From NCBI GenBank assembly GCA_048939465.1, contig JBHLPL010000018.1, positions 1 to 18,819 of the forward strand: a stretch of 18,819 nt of DNA, given 5' to 3'. A program made the position numbers and the translations under genes. Each line of letters opens with the position of its first letter. The stretch's first letter is position 1. This document shows positions 1 through 8,470 of this stretch, piece after piece. Source of the stretch: Promethearchaeota archaeon. GTDB taxonomy: Archaea; Asgardarchaeota; Odinarchaeia; Odinarchaeales; JBHLKK01. The notes under the pieces were generated by a model, which searched no databases, was not told the DNA's origin, and worked only from the letters and a program-made list of their open reading frames with translations.

Positions 1-2
1 AC

Positions 3-440
3 CGCCCTGCCCACCCCCAATTGAAAAAGGGGAGAGGCTCTCTCAAGAAGGTCTTGGTAAATATCGACGTGTTCATAGTTAATTCAGAGGGTTGGAGGAT
101 ATTACAGAAAGACTCCGGACTACAGAATCCTTCTCAGATTTTGACTCTGGGCGGCAAGTATGTGATAGTCACCAAGGGCGCTCGTGGCGCTTCCATCTAT
201 CATGAAGGTGCAGAAACCGATATTCCCGCCTCCGAAGTCAAAGCTGTTGATCCCACTGGGGCGGGAGATGTTTTCTCAGCAACCCTCATCAAATATATGC
301 TTGAAGGAAAAACCATCGAAGAAGCCTCAGTTTATGCCTCGACAGCTTCAGCCATATCTATTCAAAAGGTAGGTGCACAGACCCATCCTCCATCTGTTGA
401 GGAAATAGAGAATCTTGTTGCCAAAAGAGGGATTGGATGA
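3..440 (+). CDS. PfkB/ribokinase-family carbohydrate kinase, C-terminal part (5'-truncated by window edge)
   Basis: Frame is open from the window start. Contains the PfkB C-terminal signature 'VKAVDPTGAGDVFSA' and 'VIVTKGARGA'. The stop TGA overlaps the next ATG (ATGA, 437-440). Confidence 0.9.
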   Translation, partial: RPAHPQLKKGRGSLKKVLVNIDVFIVNSEGWRILQKDSGLQNPSQILTLGGKYVIVTKGARGASIYHEGAETDIPASEVKAVDPTGAGDVFSATLIKYMLEGKTIEEASVYASTASAISIQKVGAQTHPPSVEEIENLVAKRGIG

Positions 441-850
441 TGAGACAAAAGGACTATAATAATGTGGAAAAAGAAGTGCGAAGACTCTTCTGGAAAGGAG
501 TAAGCGATCGAGACCGTGCTATATTTGAAGGGGCTATTACTCTTGGTGCCATCTATCACCAGTTTTCCGGTACACCAATAGTAAAAAGAGAAGGTGTATT
601 AACTGCGTTAGAGAAGGCAATAGAATCAACTATGTCTTGTCAGCCCTATATTGAAAAGGTAGAGATTAAGATTGATCGAATGAAGGCAAAAAGCGGCGCA
701 CATCCTTATGACTACGGTGAACTTTCCGGTAAAAACACCAAAATTAAAGTAATCTCACGGTACGGAAACACTCGCGCATATTTTGGAATTAAGTTTTTGC
801 CTAGGCTAAACTTTCCTCTTGCGTACATCGAAAAAATAGAAGAGGGGTGA
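437..850 (+). CDS. mptD: Archaeal dihydroneopterin aldolase (methanopterin/pterin biosynthesis)
   Basis: Family-typical motifs 'DRAIFEGAITLGAIYHQFSGTP', 'AIESTMSCQPYIEKV', 'YDYGELSG' and 'NFPLAYIE'; 137 aa; neighbours mtd and ftr. Confidence 0.88.
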   Translation: MMRQKDYNNVEKEVRRLFWKGVSDRDRAIFEGAITLGAIYHQFSGTPIVKREGVLTALEKAIESTMSCQPYIEKVEIKIDRMKAKSGAHPYDYGELSGKNTKIKVISRYGNTRAYFGIKFLPRLNFPLAYIEKIEEG

Positions 851-904
851 CGAACCCGGTCAGAACTAAATTGAACCGTTGGCTTTACTAATTCCGGTAT
901 CGAG

Positions 905-1732
905 TTATTTCGGTTTTTGCATAAGCTTTCTCTTCTTCAGTATGCGACCATCATCATAATGTGGCTTTCTAAGCAGATGGTCTCCATATTTCTCTATTTC
1001 TCTAGATTCATTAGCAAGTCTTGCTGCCATTCTGATCATCTCATGAGCTGCAGTTACGGTCGGGACATATCTTTCCCATTCCTTAATTTTGAAACATCCA
1101 GCACTGTTAAGTCCCGCTACTTGCTTGGCCATCTCGTATGCAGCCATCGCTTTCGCTTTTGCATAGGGGTTTTGGAAATCAGCTGCTGCAACCGCTTTCT
1201 CACCATCTACTACAATCTTCGGAAGAGTCGGATTTTCGTTCTTCTTTATTTGCTCAATTACTTTGTCCAATTCTTGGTAGATTATCGAGAAGACACCAGT
1301 TATTGCTAATACACTTATCACATCAGTGTTGAAAAGAGCCATTTCTAGCGGGTCCAAAAATTCTCTGCGGGCTCCTATCATCGCATCAGCAGGTACGATG
1401 ATGTAACCCATTCCTTTCGCTTCAATATCTTCAACTGCCTTCTTTCCTGGACCATCTGAAATCACAACAGTCGGTACCTTTGTTACAGCCAATAATTCTC
1501 TTATCCTTCTAGGACCTGGAAGCGCCGCGTTAGGACTGGTAACAAGCACCAACCTTGGTTCAAATTCCAGGAGTTTCTTGGTAACTTCTTCAGCCTGCTC
1601 AGGAAGGAGCTTTGAACCAGAACCCACGACTCTTGTGTCTATATCCTCTCGCTCTGCTCGCTCATCGAACAAGAACTCCAGCAAGGGTGCAGATCCAATG
1701 TTTCCGACCTTAATAACGCCAATTCTCAACAA
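905..1732 (-). CDS. mtd: F420-dependent methylene-H4MPT dehydrogenase
   Basis: 'IGVIKVGNIG...FDERAEREDIDTRVVGSGSKL', 'ADAMIGARREFLDPLEMALFN' and 'NPYAKAKA'. TTG start preceded by GAGGAG on the minus strand. Confidence 0.95.
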   Translation of the reverse strand: MLRIGVIKVGNIGSAPLLEFLFDERAEREDIDTRVVGSGSKLLPEQAEEVTKKLLEFEPRLVLVTSPNAALPGPRRIRELLAVTKVPTVVISDGPGKKAVEDIEAKGMGYIIVPADAMIGARREFLDPLEMALFNTDVISVLAITGVFSIIYQELDKVIEQIKKNENPTLPKIVVDGEKAVAAADFQNPYAKAKAMAAYEMAKQVAGLNSAGCFKIKEWERYVPTVTAAHEMIRMAARLANESREIEKYGDHLLRKPHYDDGRILKKRKLMQKPK

Positions 1733-1790
1733 TATCTCTCTCCTCGCTACAAACTTTCCTTATAGATGATCCACTCCTACATTATCCCAG

Positions 1791-1806
1791 ATATAAATTG
1801 CTTACT
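1791..1806 (-). promoter_or_regulatory. Candidate BRE-TATA for mtd
   Basis: Minus strand reads GTAAGCA-ATTTATAT about 60 nt upstream of the mtd start. Confidence 0.5.
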
Positions 1807-1907
1807 GTTTTTCTTAATCTTTTCAAACCTGGTGAACATTAATATTAAACCTCAAAAGATAGAGTCATCACATATGGTTCAAAACAGAATAAACTGGAGG
1901 GCTATTG

Positions 1908-2807
1908 ATGAGTAAGGTGAATGGTGTTGAAATAGTTGATACGTATGCTGAAGCATTTCCCATGTGGGTAGGACGCGTTCTAATAACAGCTATCAACCGA
2001 GACTGGGCAATGATTGCAGCAAAGACGACTATAGGGTTTGGCACGAGTCTGATAATGTGCCCTGCTGAAGCGGCCATTGATGTTGAGTTATCTGCATCAG
2101 ATACACCAAACAAGAAACCAGGAGTCTCATTGATTATTGGAGCACCATCTAAAAAGAAACTCGCTTCCCAGCTCCTAGCAAGGGTCTCTCAATGTGTTCT
2201 AACATGTCCGACTACCGCCGTCTTCAATGCACTAGAGAATTCTGAGATCGCTTTTGACATAGGCAAGAAAATTAGCTTCTTCGGTGACGGCTATCAAACA
2301 GAAGACGCCGTCAGTGGTCGTCATGTATGGGTTATTCCAACTATGGAAGGAGATTTTATGATCGAGGAAAACTTCGGAGGGCGGAAAGGAGTAGCCGGAG
2401 GTAACTTCCTGATTCTTGGCGAAAGACTAGAAACAACACTAAAAGCGACTGAAGAAGCTGTCAAAGCGATAAATGCTGTAGAAAATGTCTTTCTTCCCTT
2501 CCCGGGAGGAATATGTAGAAGTGGTTCTAAAGTTGGTTCCAAATACAAGTTCCTAAGGGCTTCGACCAATCACAAGTATTGTCCGACCCTTAAAGAAAAA
2601 GTTACAGACTCAGAGCTTCCTGAGGACGTCAACTGCGTTTATGAAATAGTCATCAATGGAGTATCTGAAGAGACTGTAGGTGAGGCCATGAAGATGGGCA
2701 TACAGGCGGCCATAAAGGTACCTGGCATTAAGAGAATTACAGCAGCCAATTACGGCGGGACACTAGGTCCATACGAGATTAAGCTTCACGAAATATTAGG
2801 CCTCTAG
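1908..2807 (+). CDS. ftr: Formylmethanofuran:H4MPT formyltransferase
   Basis: 'NGVEIVDTYAEAF', 'GFGTSLIMCPAEA', 'QCVLTCPTTAVFN', 'FFGDGYQ', 'GGICRSGSKVGSKY..LRASTN..YCPTL' and 'NYGGTLGPY'. GGAGG at 1896-1900 precedes ATG 1908 (in-frame TTG at 1905 is an alternative). Confidence 0.96.
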   Translation: MSKVNGVEIVDTYAEAFPMWVGRVLITAINRDWAMIAAKTTIGFGTSLIMCPAEAAIDVELSASDTPNKKPGVSLIIGAPSKKKLASQLLARVSQCVLTCPTTAVFNALENSEIAFDIGKKISFFGDGYQTEDAVSGRHVWVIPTMEGDFMIEENFGGRKGVAGGNFLILGERLETTLKATEEAVKAINAVENVFLPFPGGICRSGSKVGSKYKFLRASTNHKYCPTLKEKVTDSELPEDVNCVYEIVINGVSEETVGEAMKMGIQAAIKVPGIKRITAANYGGTLGPYEIKLHEILGL

Positions 2808-2808
2808 C

Positions 2809-2820
2809 CCTTCTTTTTCT
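2809..2820 (+). terminator. Oligo-pyrimidine terminator candidate after ftr
   Basis: CCTTCTTTTTCT immediately after the stop; archaeal terminators are typically U-rich tracts. Confidence 0.4.
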
Positions 2821-2870
2821 ATTGAAGACTGGGATTCACCCTTCCTCTAAAGAATATTTGGTCAGATTCC

Positions 2871-2886
2871 TAGAACATATGTTCTA
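2871..2886. repeat. Perfect 16-bp palindrome between convergent ftr and rtcB
   Basis: TAGAACATATGTTCTA, extendable to ATTC...GAAT (2866-2891) with one mismatch. Confidence 0.7.
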
Positions 2887-2957
2887 AGAATAATCAGAAC
2901 TACTCCCTTTCTTCTTGATTTGTCATAGAAACTCTCATGAAGAAACGGTCAGAGGCA

Positions 2958-5873
2958 TCATCCTTTGGTGACGCCGAGGGGGCGCAGTCTTGCGACCATT
3001 GTTGCGATGCCTAGGTTGTGAGAGACTTTTGCAACTCTGTCGATGTCTTTATAGACACCGGGGGCTTCTTCGCTAATAACCCTGCTACTTGCTGCCTGAA
3101 CAATTATACCTTCTTTTTCAAGTGCGCTCTTCACCTCACTCCCCCAGAATGTCTTCTTAGCCTTCATCCTGCTCATTACACGCCCTGCACCATGTGCTGT
3201 GGATCCAAAGCTAACATCCATGCCCTTGGCTTTCCCTATCAAAAGATAACTTGCCGTGCCCATACTGCCTGGCAGTAGCACCGGCTGCCCAATATCCTTG
3301 TAATCTTGAGGAATTTCTGGATGGTCTGGCGGAAAAGCTCGTGTAGCCCCCTTCCTGTGAACATAGCACTTGGCACGCTTTCCATTTACTTCGTGTTCTT
3401 CAATTTTTGCGATATTGTGGGCTACATCATATATTAGGTGTAGACCAAGCTCCTCTGCATCTTTCTTGAAGACATTCTCAAGTGCCTCTCTAACCCAATG
3501 TGTTATAGCTTGGCGATTACACCACGCAAAGTTCGCAGCACAACTCATGGCTGCATAATAATCCTCCGCCTCTCTGCTCTTGGAAGGAGCACACGCCAAT
3601 TCCCTATCCGGAATTGAAATCTTATACTTGCGAATTGCTTGTTCCATGACTCGGAGATAGTCTGAGCAAACCTGGTGTCCGAATCCTCGGGAACCCGTGT
3701 GGATCATAACCGTAATCTGTCCTTCATGAGTGATGTTTAGAGTGTTGGCGATGGCTGGATTATAGATTTTATCGACATATTGAACTTCCAAGAAGTGATT
3801 TCCGCTTCCCAAACTGCCTAGCTGAGGTTGACCTCTCTTCTTTGCTCGTGGAGAGGCTTTGTCTGGATTGGCTGTTTCAAGACGCCCTTCGGCCTCGCAG
3901 TGTTTAATATCCTCATCCCATCCGTAACCATTATTCACTGCCCACTGTGCACCGTTAATCAAGACCTGGTCGAGGGCGGACTCTGATATTCGTATCTTGC
4001 CCTCGCTACCAACGCCGGTAGGAACCTGCTTAAACAGCTGAGAGACTATTTCTCTAATATGGGGCAAAGTTTCTTCTTTAGATAAGTCCGATCTCAATAG
4101 ACGGACCCCACAGTTTGAGACGGTGACATTGTTTGCCACAAAATTATGAGCTTCTGCTACTGTAAAATCATACACAAATCCGTCATAGTTTATGACAGAG
4201 ATGTCCTCTATCTCATCCAAAAGAGTCCCAAATGATCTAAGCTCCTCCAATGATCTTCTTCTGAAATCATTAAAGGAATAGAAAGTCTTTGTGATTCTTT
4301 GGCCTACGTTTTCATAATAGCACCCTTCGATAAATCTCTTGTTTGCGTCTTTGTCACAAAGCAACTTCTGAACTTCTTTCAGGTTAAGGCCCTTTTTCTT
4401 GAGTTCCTTCACTCTTTTGTTTATCCTATTTCTCTTCCTAGTGAGTCTTTTCTTAAGCAAGATATATTGAACCGCGATTTCTGCTAGTTCGGACCTCTTT
4501 CTATTATACTCAAAACCGATTTTTCTCCACAACTTCAACAGATTCTCTTCTTTTGCACTTATCTCAAGTCTTAGTCTTACAACTTCTCCTTCCTTGTTTC
4601 TGGCTTCCTCTCTTTCTGCTATTTTTGTCACTCTGACGCCAAATTCCTCCAGCAATTGCATTATTTGGATGAGGAATTCCCTACCCGTCTGTTTATATTC
4701 CATATTCTTGTTTTGAGGTAGTATTGGTGCATAAAATCCTGTTTTTGAGTGTGTTTCAGGCGAAGTCAACTCTGCTCCAAAGAATCCTGCCAAGAACAGA
4801 CGTTTAATCCACTTAGGCGACCTCATCATCCAGCTTGGAACTAGCACATCTTGATTAGCCTTTTTGCCAACTGGCATACCTGCCCTAATCAAGATTCTTG
4901 CGAATTCTTGGGAGTAAATATGTAATTCAGTTGAATTTGATTCGAATTCCTTTTCTCCATACTGGGTCTTTATCCTAGAAGCTCTGCTTCTTTCGACTAT
5001 CTTCGAGTGGTATCCTAACCTCTTTATGTCACTCTGCATTGTTTCTAAATCGCATTTCTCGCCGTAAGCACATACCCTGTATTTTCCTTTGGAGCACGTT
5101 AATGTTCCATCTCCCAGAATGTACCCGAAAGTCTTTGCTAGAATTGCCACTTTTTCCTCATCAAAGGAATTCTCTATGTAGCTGTAATCCTCTTCATGTT
5201 TGCATCCTTCAAAATATACTACAGAGATTCTATCTTTCTTATCCAGCAATCCTGCTTTCTTAAACTCCTCACCTGTGAGTATGGGATGATCTTCAGAACA
5301 TCTAATCTCAAGCCCTGTCCTCGTCTTTATGCTCAAAATCCTATTATCTGCTTTTCTCTTCATGAAAGCAATTATCGGACGAGACGCGATTTCTTTGTCA
5401 AAAAGGCAAGCAAGTCTTTGCCCAATGATTTTGAAGCTTACCTGATAATTTGATATATTTCTCATCTTATCTTTCTCAATTAATTCCTCAAAATCTTCAA
5501 CATTTCTCCAGTATCCAAATTCAGACAGTATTCTTGTTCCTGCGGCTAAGCAGTTTATGTCGTAACCAACTCCGCCTGGTGAGATCACTCCTTCATCGTA
5601 ATCTATAGCGGCAACGCCACCTATGGGGAAGCCATAACCTTGGTGGGCATCCGGGAGCGCTATTGCATATTTATATATCCCCTGCAAACAGCCTACATTT
5701 GACAACTGTTCCAGCGTTAGATCCGTCTTAATTTTGCTCATTAATTCTTCATCGGCATATACTATCCCTCGGACTTTCATGCAAGCCTTATAAGTCTGAG
5801 GAACCTCCCAGGAGTATTTTTCAATCTTTCGAACAGGAACAGCCTTTCGATTTAGAACACGTTTTGAGGACAA
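2958..5873 (-). CDS. rtcB: RtcB RNA-splicing ligase precursor (971 aa; 491 aa after intein removal)
   Basis: RtcB motifs 'LPDAHQGYGFPIGG', 'GVGYDIN|CGVRL', 'GSGNHFLE', 'IHTGSRGFGH', 'HRKGATRA', 'STAHGAGR' and 'EEAPGVYKD'. TTG start with SD GGAGGAGGT (5882-5890). Confidence 0.97.
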   Translation of the reverse strand: MSSKRVLNRKAVPVRKIEKYSWEVPQTYKACMKVRGIVYADEELMSKIKTDLTLEQLSNVGCLQGIYKYAIALPDAHQGYGFPIGGVAAIDYDEGVISPGGVGYDINCLAAGTRILSEFGYWRNVEDFEELIEKDKMRNISNYQVSFKIIGQRLACLFDKEIASRPIIAFMKRKADNRILSIKTRTGLEIRCSEDHPILTGEEFKKAGLLDKKDRISVVYFEGCKHEEDYSYIENSFDEEKVAILAKTFGYILGDGTLTCSKGKYRVCAYGEKCDLETMQSDIKRLGYHSKIVERSRASRIKTQYGEKEFESNSTELHIYSQEFARILIRAGMPVGKKANQDVLVPSWMMRSPKWIKRLFLAGFFGAELTSPETHSKTGFYAPILPQNKNMEYKQTGREFLIQIMQLLEEFGVRVTKIAEREEARNKEGEVVRLRLEISAKEENLLKLWRKIGFEYNRKRSELAEIAVQYILLKKRLTRKRNRINKRVKELKKKGLNLKEVQKLLCDKDANKRFIEGCYYENVGQRITKTFYSFNDFRRRSLEELRSFGTLLDEIEDISVINYDGFVYDFTVAEAHNFVANNVTVSNCGVRLLRSDLSKEETLPHIREIVSQLFKQVPTGVGSEGKIRISESALDQVLINGAQWAVNNGYGWDEDIKHCEAEGRLETANPDKASPRAKKRGQPQLGSLGSGNHFLEVQYVDKIYNPAIANTLNITHEGQITVMIHTGSRGFGHQVCSDYLRVMEQAIRKYKISIPDRELACAPSKSREAEDYYAAMSCAANFAWCNRQAITHWVREALENVFKKDAEELGLHLIYDVAHNIAKIEEHEVNGKRAKCYVHRKGATRAFPPDHPEIPQDYKDIGQPVLLPGSMGTASYLLIGKAKGMDVSFGSTAHGAGRVMSRMKAKKTFWGSEVKSALEKEGIIVQAASSRVISEEAPGVYKDIDRVAKVSHNLGIATMVARLRPLGVTKG
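4113..5552 (-). mobile_element. Intein with LAGLIDADG homing endonuclease in RtcB (aa C108-N587, 480 aa)
   Basis: Begins 'CLAAGTRIL'; block B 'IRCSEDHPILT'; LAGLIDADG-like helices 'FGYILGDG' and 'FLAGFFGAE'; block F/G 'VYDFTVAEAHNFVANNVTVSN' followed by extein Cys. Excision restores 'GYDINCGVRL'. Confidence 0.95.
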
Positions 5874-6037
5874 GATACTCTACCTCCTCCCTTTTTTCAC
5901 GGATATTGAGTTTATGATATGAATTCTGATGGATGTTTTCGGGAGACAAAACTACCTCTAAACATAAACAAGTAGTGAACTGCTGAAGACACTTGTTAGC
6001 TACTCTGCATCTCTTACTATGACATAAGACCAAACGC

Positions 6038-6051
6038 TATTTAAGCTTTTC
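6038..6051 (-). promoter_or_regulatory. Candidate BRE-TATA for rtcB
   Basis: Minus strand reads GAAAAGC-TTAAATA, the same pattern as upstream of mobA and the C25-like gene. Confidence 0.55.
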
Positions 6052-6127
6052 AAACGACGTTATTAGAAATCCCATGTTAGTCGCTTACCATCTTGCAGAA
6101 ATCGTTCTAATGAATAAAACCATACTT

Positions 6128-7204
6128 TCAGAAGACGTCCCAGTAAACGGACAAATTCTTCTTGCGCTCTCTTATGACGGCCTTTACCAACTTCACTATT
6201 TTCCTATCAGATTCATATTTCACTTCATTAGTTGACGGGGCCTCTATTTCAAGCAAAGTGGATAACACATGAGCCACAGATGTAGGCAATGAAATCAGAT
6301 TGTACCCACCCTCAAGGATGAAAACAATCTTACCCCCACATAATTCTGAAGCAACTTCCAGGATTCTTTCCGTTAGCTGTCCATATGTTGCTGAGTTCAA
6401 TAGCATGTTTCCAATGGGATCCCCATAATGTCCATCAAATCCTGCTGAAACCACTATTATGTCTGGATTGAATGCTTTTGCTATCGGTCCGAAAATCTCA
6501 TCGAACGCATAGAGATAGTAATCCTCTCCGAGATTAATAGGCAGTGGGACGTTAATGTTGTAGCCTATCCCCTTGCCTGTTCCTAACTCGCTTAGTTTTC
6601 CTCTACCATCATTCGAAAAGTCGTCTTCATGAAAAGAAACAACCATGACGTCGGGATCGTCATAGTAAAGTTCACCTGTCCCGTCGCAATAGTGAGAATC
6701 CCAATCCAAAACCATAACGCGTTTAACCAGGTTCTTGGCTCTAAGGTGGTCTATCATTATTGCAGCATTATTAAGAAAACACAACCCTTCGACTCTACCT
6801 TTGCCTGCATGATGCCCAGGCGGTCTAATTAGCGCAAAAGCTTGACCTATCTTATTCCTAACTACGGCCTCACCGGAGACTATGGCTCCACCCGCTGCCA
6901 TTTTTGCTACTTCAAATGTCTCAGCTGTCGCTATGCTGTTTTGACCTACTTCCCCTCCTCCCAACTCAGATGACTCTCGTAGAATCTGAAGCAAATACGA
7001 TGTATGAACCCTTAGAATCTCCTCATCAGTTGCCATTCTAGGCTTAAGCCGCAGTAATTTATTCTCCTCTAAGATTTCTGTTCTCTCAAGATAATTCATA
7101 GTACATCTCAATCTTTCAGGAGATTCAAAAGACTCAAACCAAGGCTTAAAATAGCTAGGAGTGAATTTGAGATAAGTCTTATCGTAAACTAATCCTACTT
7201 TCAA
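6128..7204 (-). CDS. Zn-dependent histone deacetylase (HDAC/AcuC) family amidohydrolase
   Basis: 'ESPERL', 'RPPGHHA', 'GLCFLNN', 'VLDWDSH..DG', 'SAGFDGHYGDPIG' and 'LEGGY'. TTG start. Confidence 0.93.
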   Translation of the reverse strand: MKVGLVYDKTYLKFTPSYFKPWFESFESPERLRCTMNYLERTEILEENKLLRLKPRMATDEEILRVHTSYLLQILRESSELGGGEVGQNSIATAETFEVAKMAAGGAIVSGEAVVRNKIGQAFALIRPPGHHAGKGRVEGLCFLNNAAIMIDHLRAKNLVKRVMVLDWDSHYCDGTGELYYDDPDVMVVSFHEDDFSNDGRGKLSELGTGKGIGYNINVPLPINLGEDYYLYAFDEIFGPIAKAFNPDIIVVSAGFDGHYGDPIGNMLLNSATYGQLTERILEVASELCGGKIVFILEGGYNLISLPTSVAHVLSTLLEIEAPSTNEVKYESDRKIVKLVKAVIRERKKNLSVYWDVF

Positions 7205-7327
7205 AATGCATTCACGTCCCCCTTTTAGGATAGACGCGATTTCCTATAATCGTTATGGTCATCTAAACTAGCTATGAAATAAACCGTAAGAAAACACTCA
7301 GCTGAGACGTTTTTAGAAGCTTCGGCA

Positions 7328-8356
7328 TTAATATAGCCTGGCTTGAAGAATCCCAAGCATTTTGTCCGTTAGTTTAATGCTTTCTTCTTTGCTCGCCATC
7401 TCCATCATTGCTCTTATGGCATCGATGTTTTCTGGTACAACTATTGACTCTTGGTGAACAGCGAATACCAAATATAACCAGCCATCTACAATGCTGATTG
7501 GGTCCTCCCACATTGCCACTTCCGGCAAGTCATATCTTGGTCTTCCTATATCTCTTGTTATTTCTGTAATTCTGTGGGTTGCAGATACTCCATGCGAACC
7601 GCTTACCAATATTATTCGTCGAGCGTCCTCAAAAGCCCTTACAACTTCTTCGCTTTTGGCTTCCTTATCCAATTCAATCATTACATTGTGTAGGTGCATC
7701 AAGGTAGTCGGGACCTTGACTGCCATGGTAGCGATTTTTATATGAGGTAAGACCGTATTCAAATCAGGACCATGATGGCTCGGAACTTTCAAAACGGGTT
7801 CAATGGCGTTTATTGGCCCTTTATCTTCCTTAGGATCCGCGGCTCTTCTGACGAGAACTGCCTTAACCTGCTTAATTCCGTATTTCTGATCTATGGTGTA
7901 GAGTACGCGACTGAGCCCGGTGGTGTTACACGAAACGACTCTTACTGAGTTCTTACCTAAAGCTGCATCGTAATTAACTTGGGCACAAAAGCTGACCTCT
8001 GCAACGTCTGCCTTCTCTCCTCCCTGGAAAATCATTTTTACTCCTGCTCTTTCGTACATGGGTTTGTTCTTTACTCCAACCTTTTCTGGCGATGTATCTA
8101 TAATAATATCTGCCTTTCCAATGAGTTCGTCTATTGTTCCGGCAATCGGAAATTCTTCTTCTTTAAACCTACTCTCGTTGTCTGGTGGGGTGGCGTAGAC
8201 GTCAATTCCCTTCTTTCGGGCAATATAAGCTGCATAGTCTGGTTTTGTTTTAGCAATTCCGACAAGTTTCATATCAGGTTGTTTTAATACGGCATCGGCA
8301 ATACGCTTTCCAATTGTGCCATAACCAGCTATACCTACTTCAACACTCTTCTTCAC
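7328..8356 (-). CDS. gap: Archaeal (type II) phosphorylating glyceraldehyde-3-phosphate dehydrogenase
   Basis: 'VGIAGYGTIGKRIADAV..QPDM', 'IFQGGEKA', catalytic 'VVSCNTTGL', 'PSHHGPD' and 'HQESIVVPENIDAIRAM'. Start placed at GTG 8356 after SD GGGTGAT; GTG 8365 is the ORF-track alternative. Confidence 0.95.
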   Translation of the reverse strand: MKKSVEVGIAGYGTIGKRIADAVLKQPDMKLVGIAKTKPDYAAYIARKKGIDVYATPPDNESRFKEEEFPIAGTIDELIGKADIIIDTSPEKVGVKNKPMYERAGVKMIFQGGEKADVAEVSFCAQVNYDAALGKNSVRVVSCNTTGLSRVLYTIDQKYGIKQVKAVLVRRAADPKEDKGPINAIEPVLKVPSHHGPDLNTVLPHIKIATMAVKVPTTLMHLHNVMIELDKEAKSEEVVRAFEDARRIILVSGSHGVSATHRITEITRDIGRPRYDLPEVAMWEDPISIVDGWLYLVFAVHQESIVVPENIDAIRAMMEMASKEESIKLTDKMLGILQARLY

Positions 8357-8388
8357 TAATATCACCCATCTTAATACACTTGCAAGAG

Positions 8389-8404
8389 TTTTATGATCAT
8401 AAAA
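8389..8404. promoter_or_regulatory. Perfect 16-bp palindrome at the gap promoter position
   Basis: TTTTATGATCATAAAA, 33 nt upstream of GTG 8356. Confidence 0.55.
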
Positions 8405-8470
8405 TATTGTTCTAGGGTAAAAAACTCGTTATTACTCATTAATAAAACTTTTGTGTTTTCCTGTAATGTC

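Noticed and set aside
851-904. Three GAAC motifs (852, 863, 873) between mptD and mtd
   Set aside because: The motif is only 4 bp with uneven spacing in a convergent gap, consistent with chance.
5821-6033. 70-aa Cys-rich ORF as a stand-alone gene
   Set aside because: It has no recognisable motif, starts next to the rtcB TATA candidate and overlaps rtcB. It is kept only as a speculative shorter uORF.
7291-7313. Imperfect palindrome AAAAC-A-CTCAGCTGAG-AC-GTTTT after gap
   Set aside because: It could be a terminator, but it is short and imperfect with no independent support.
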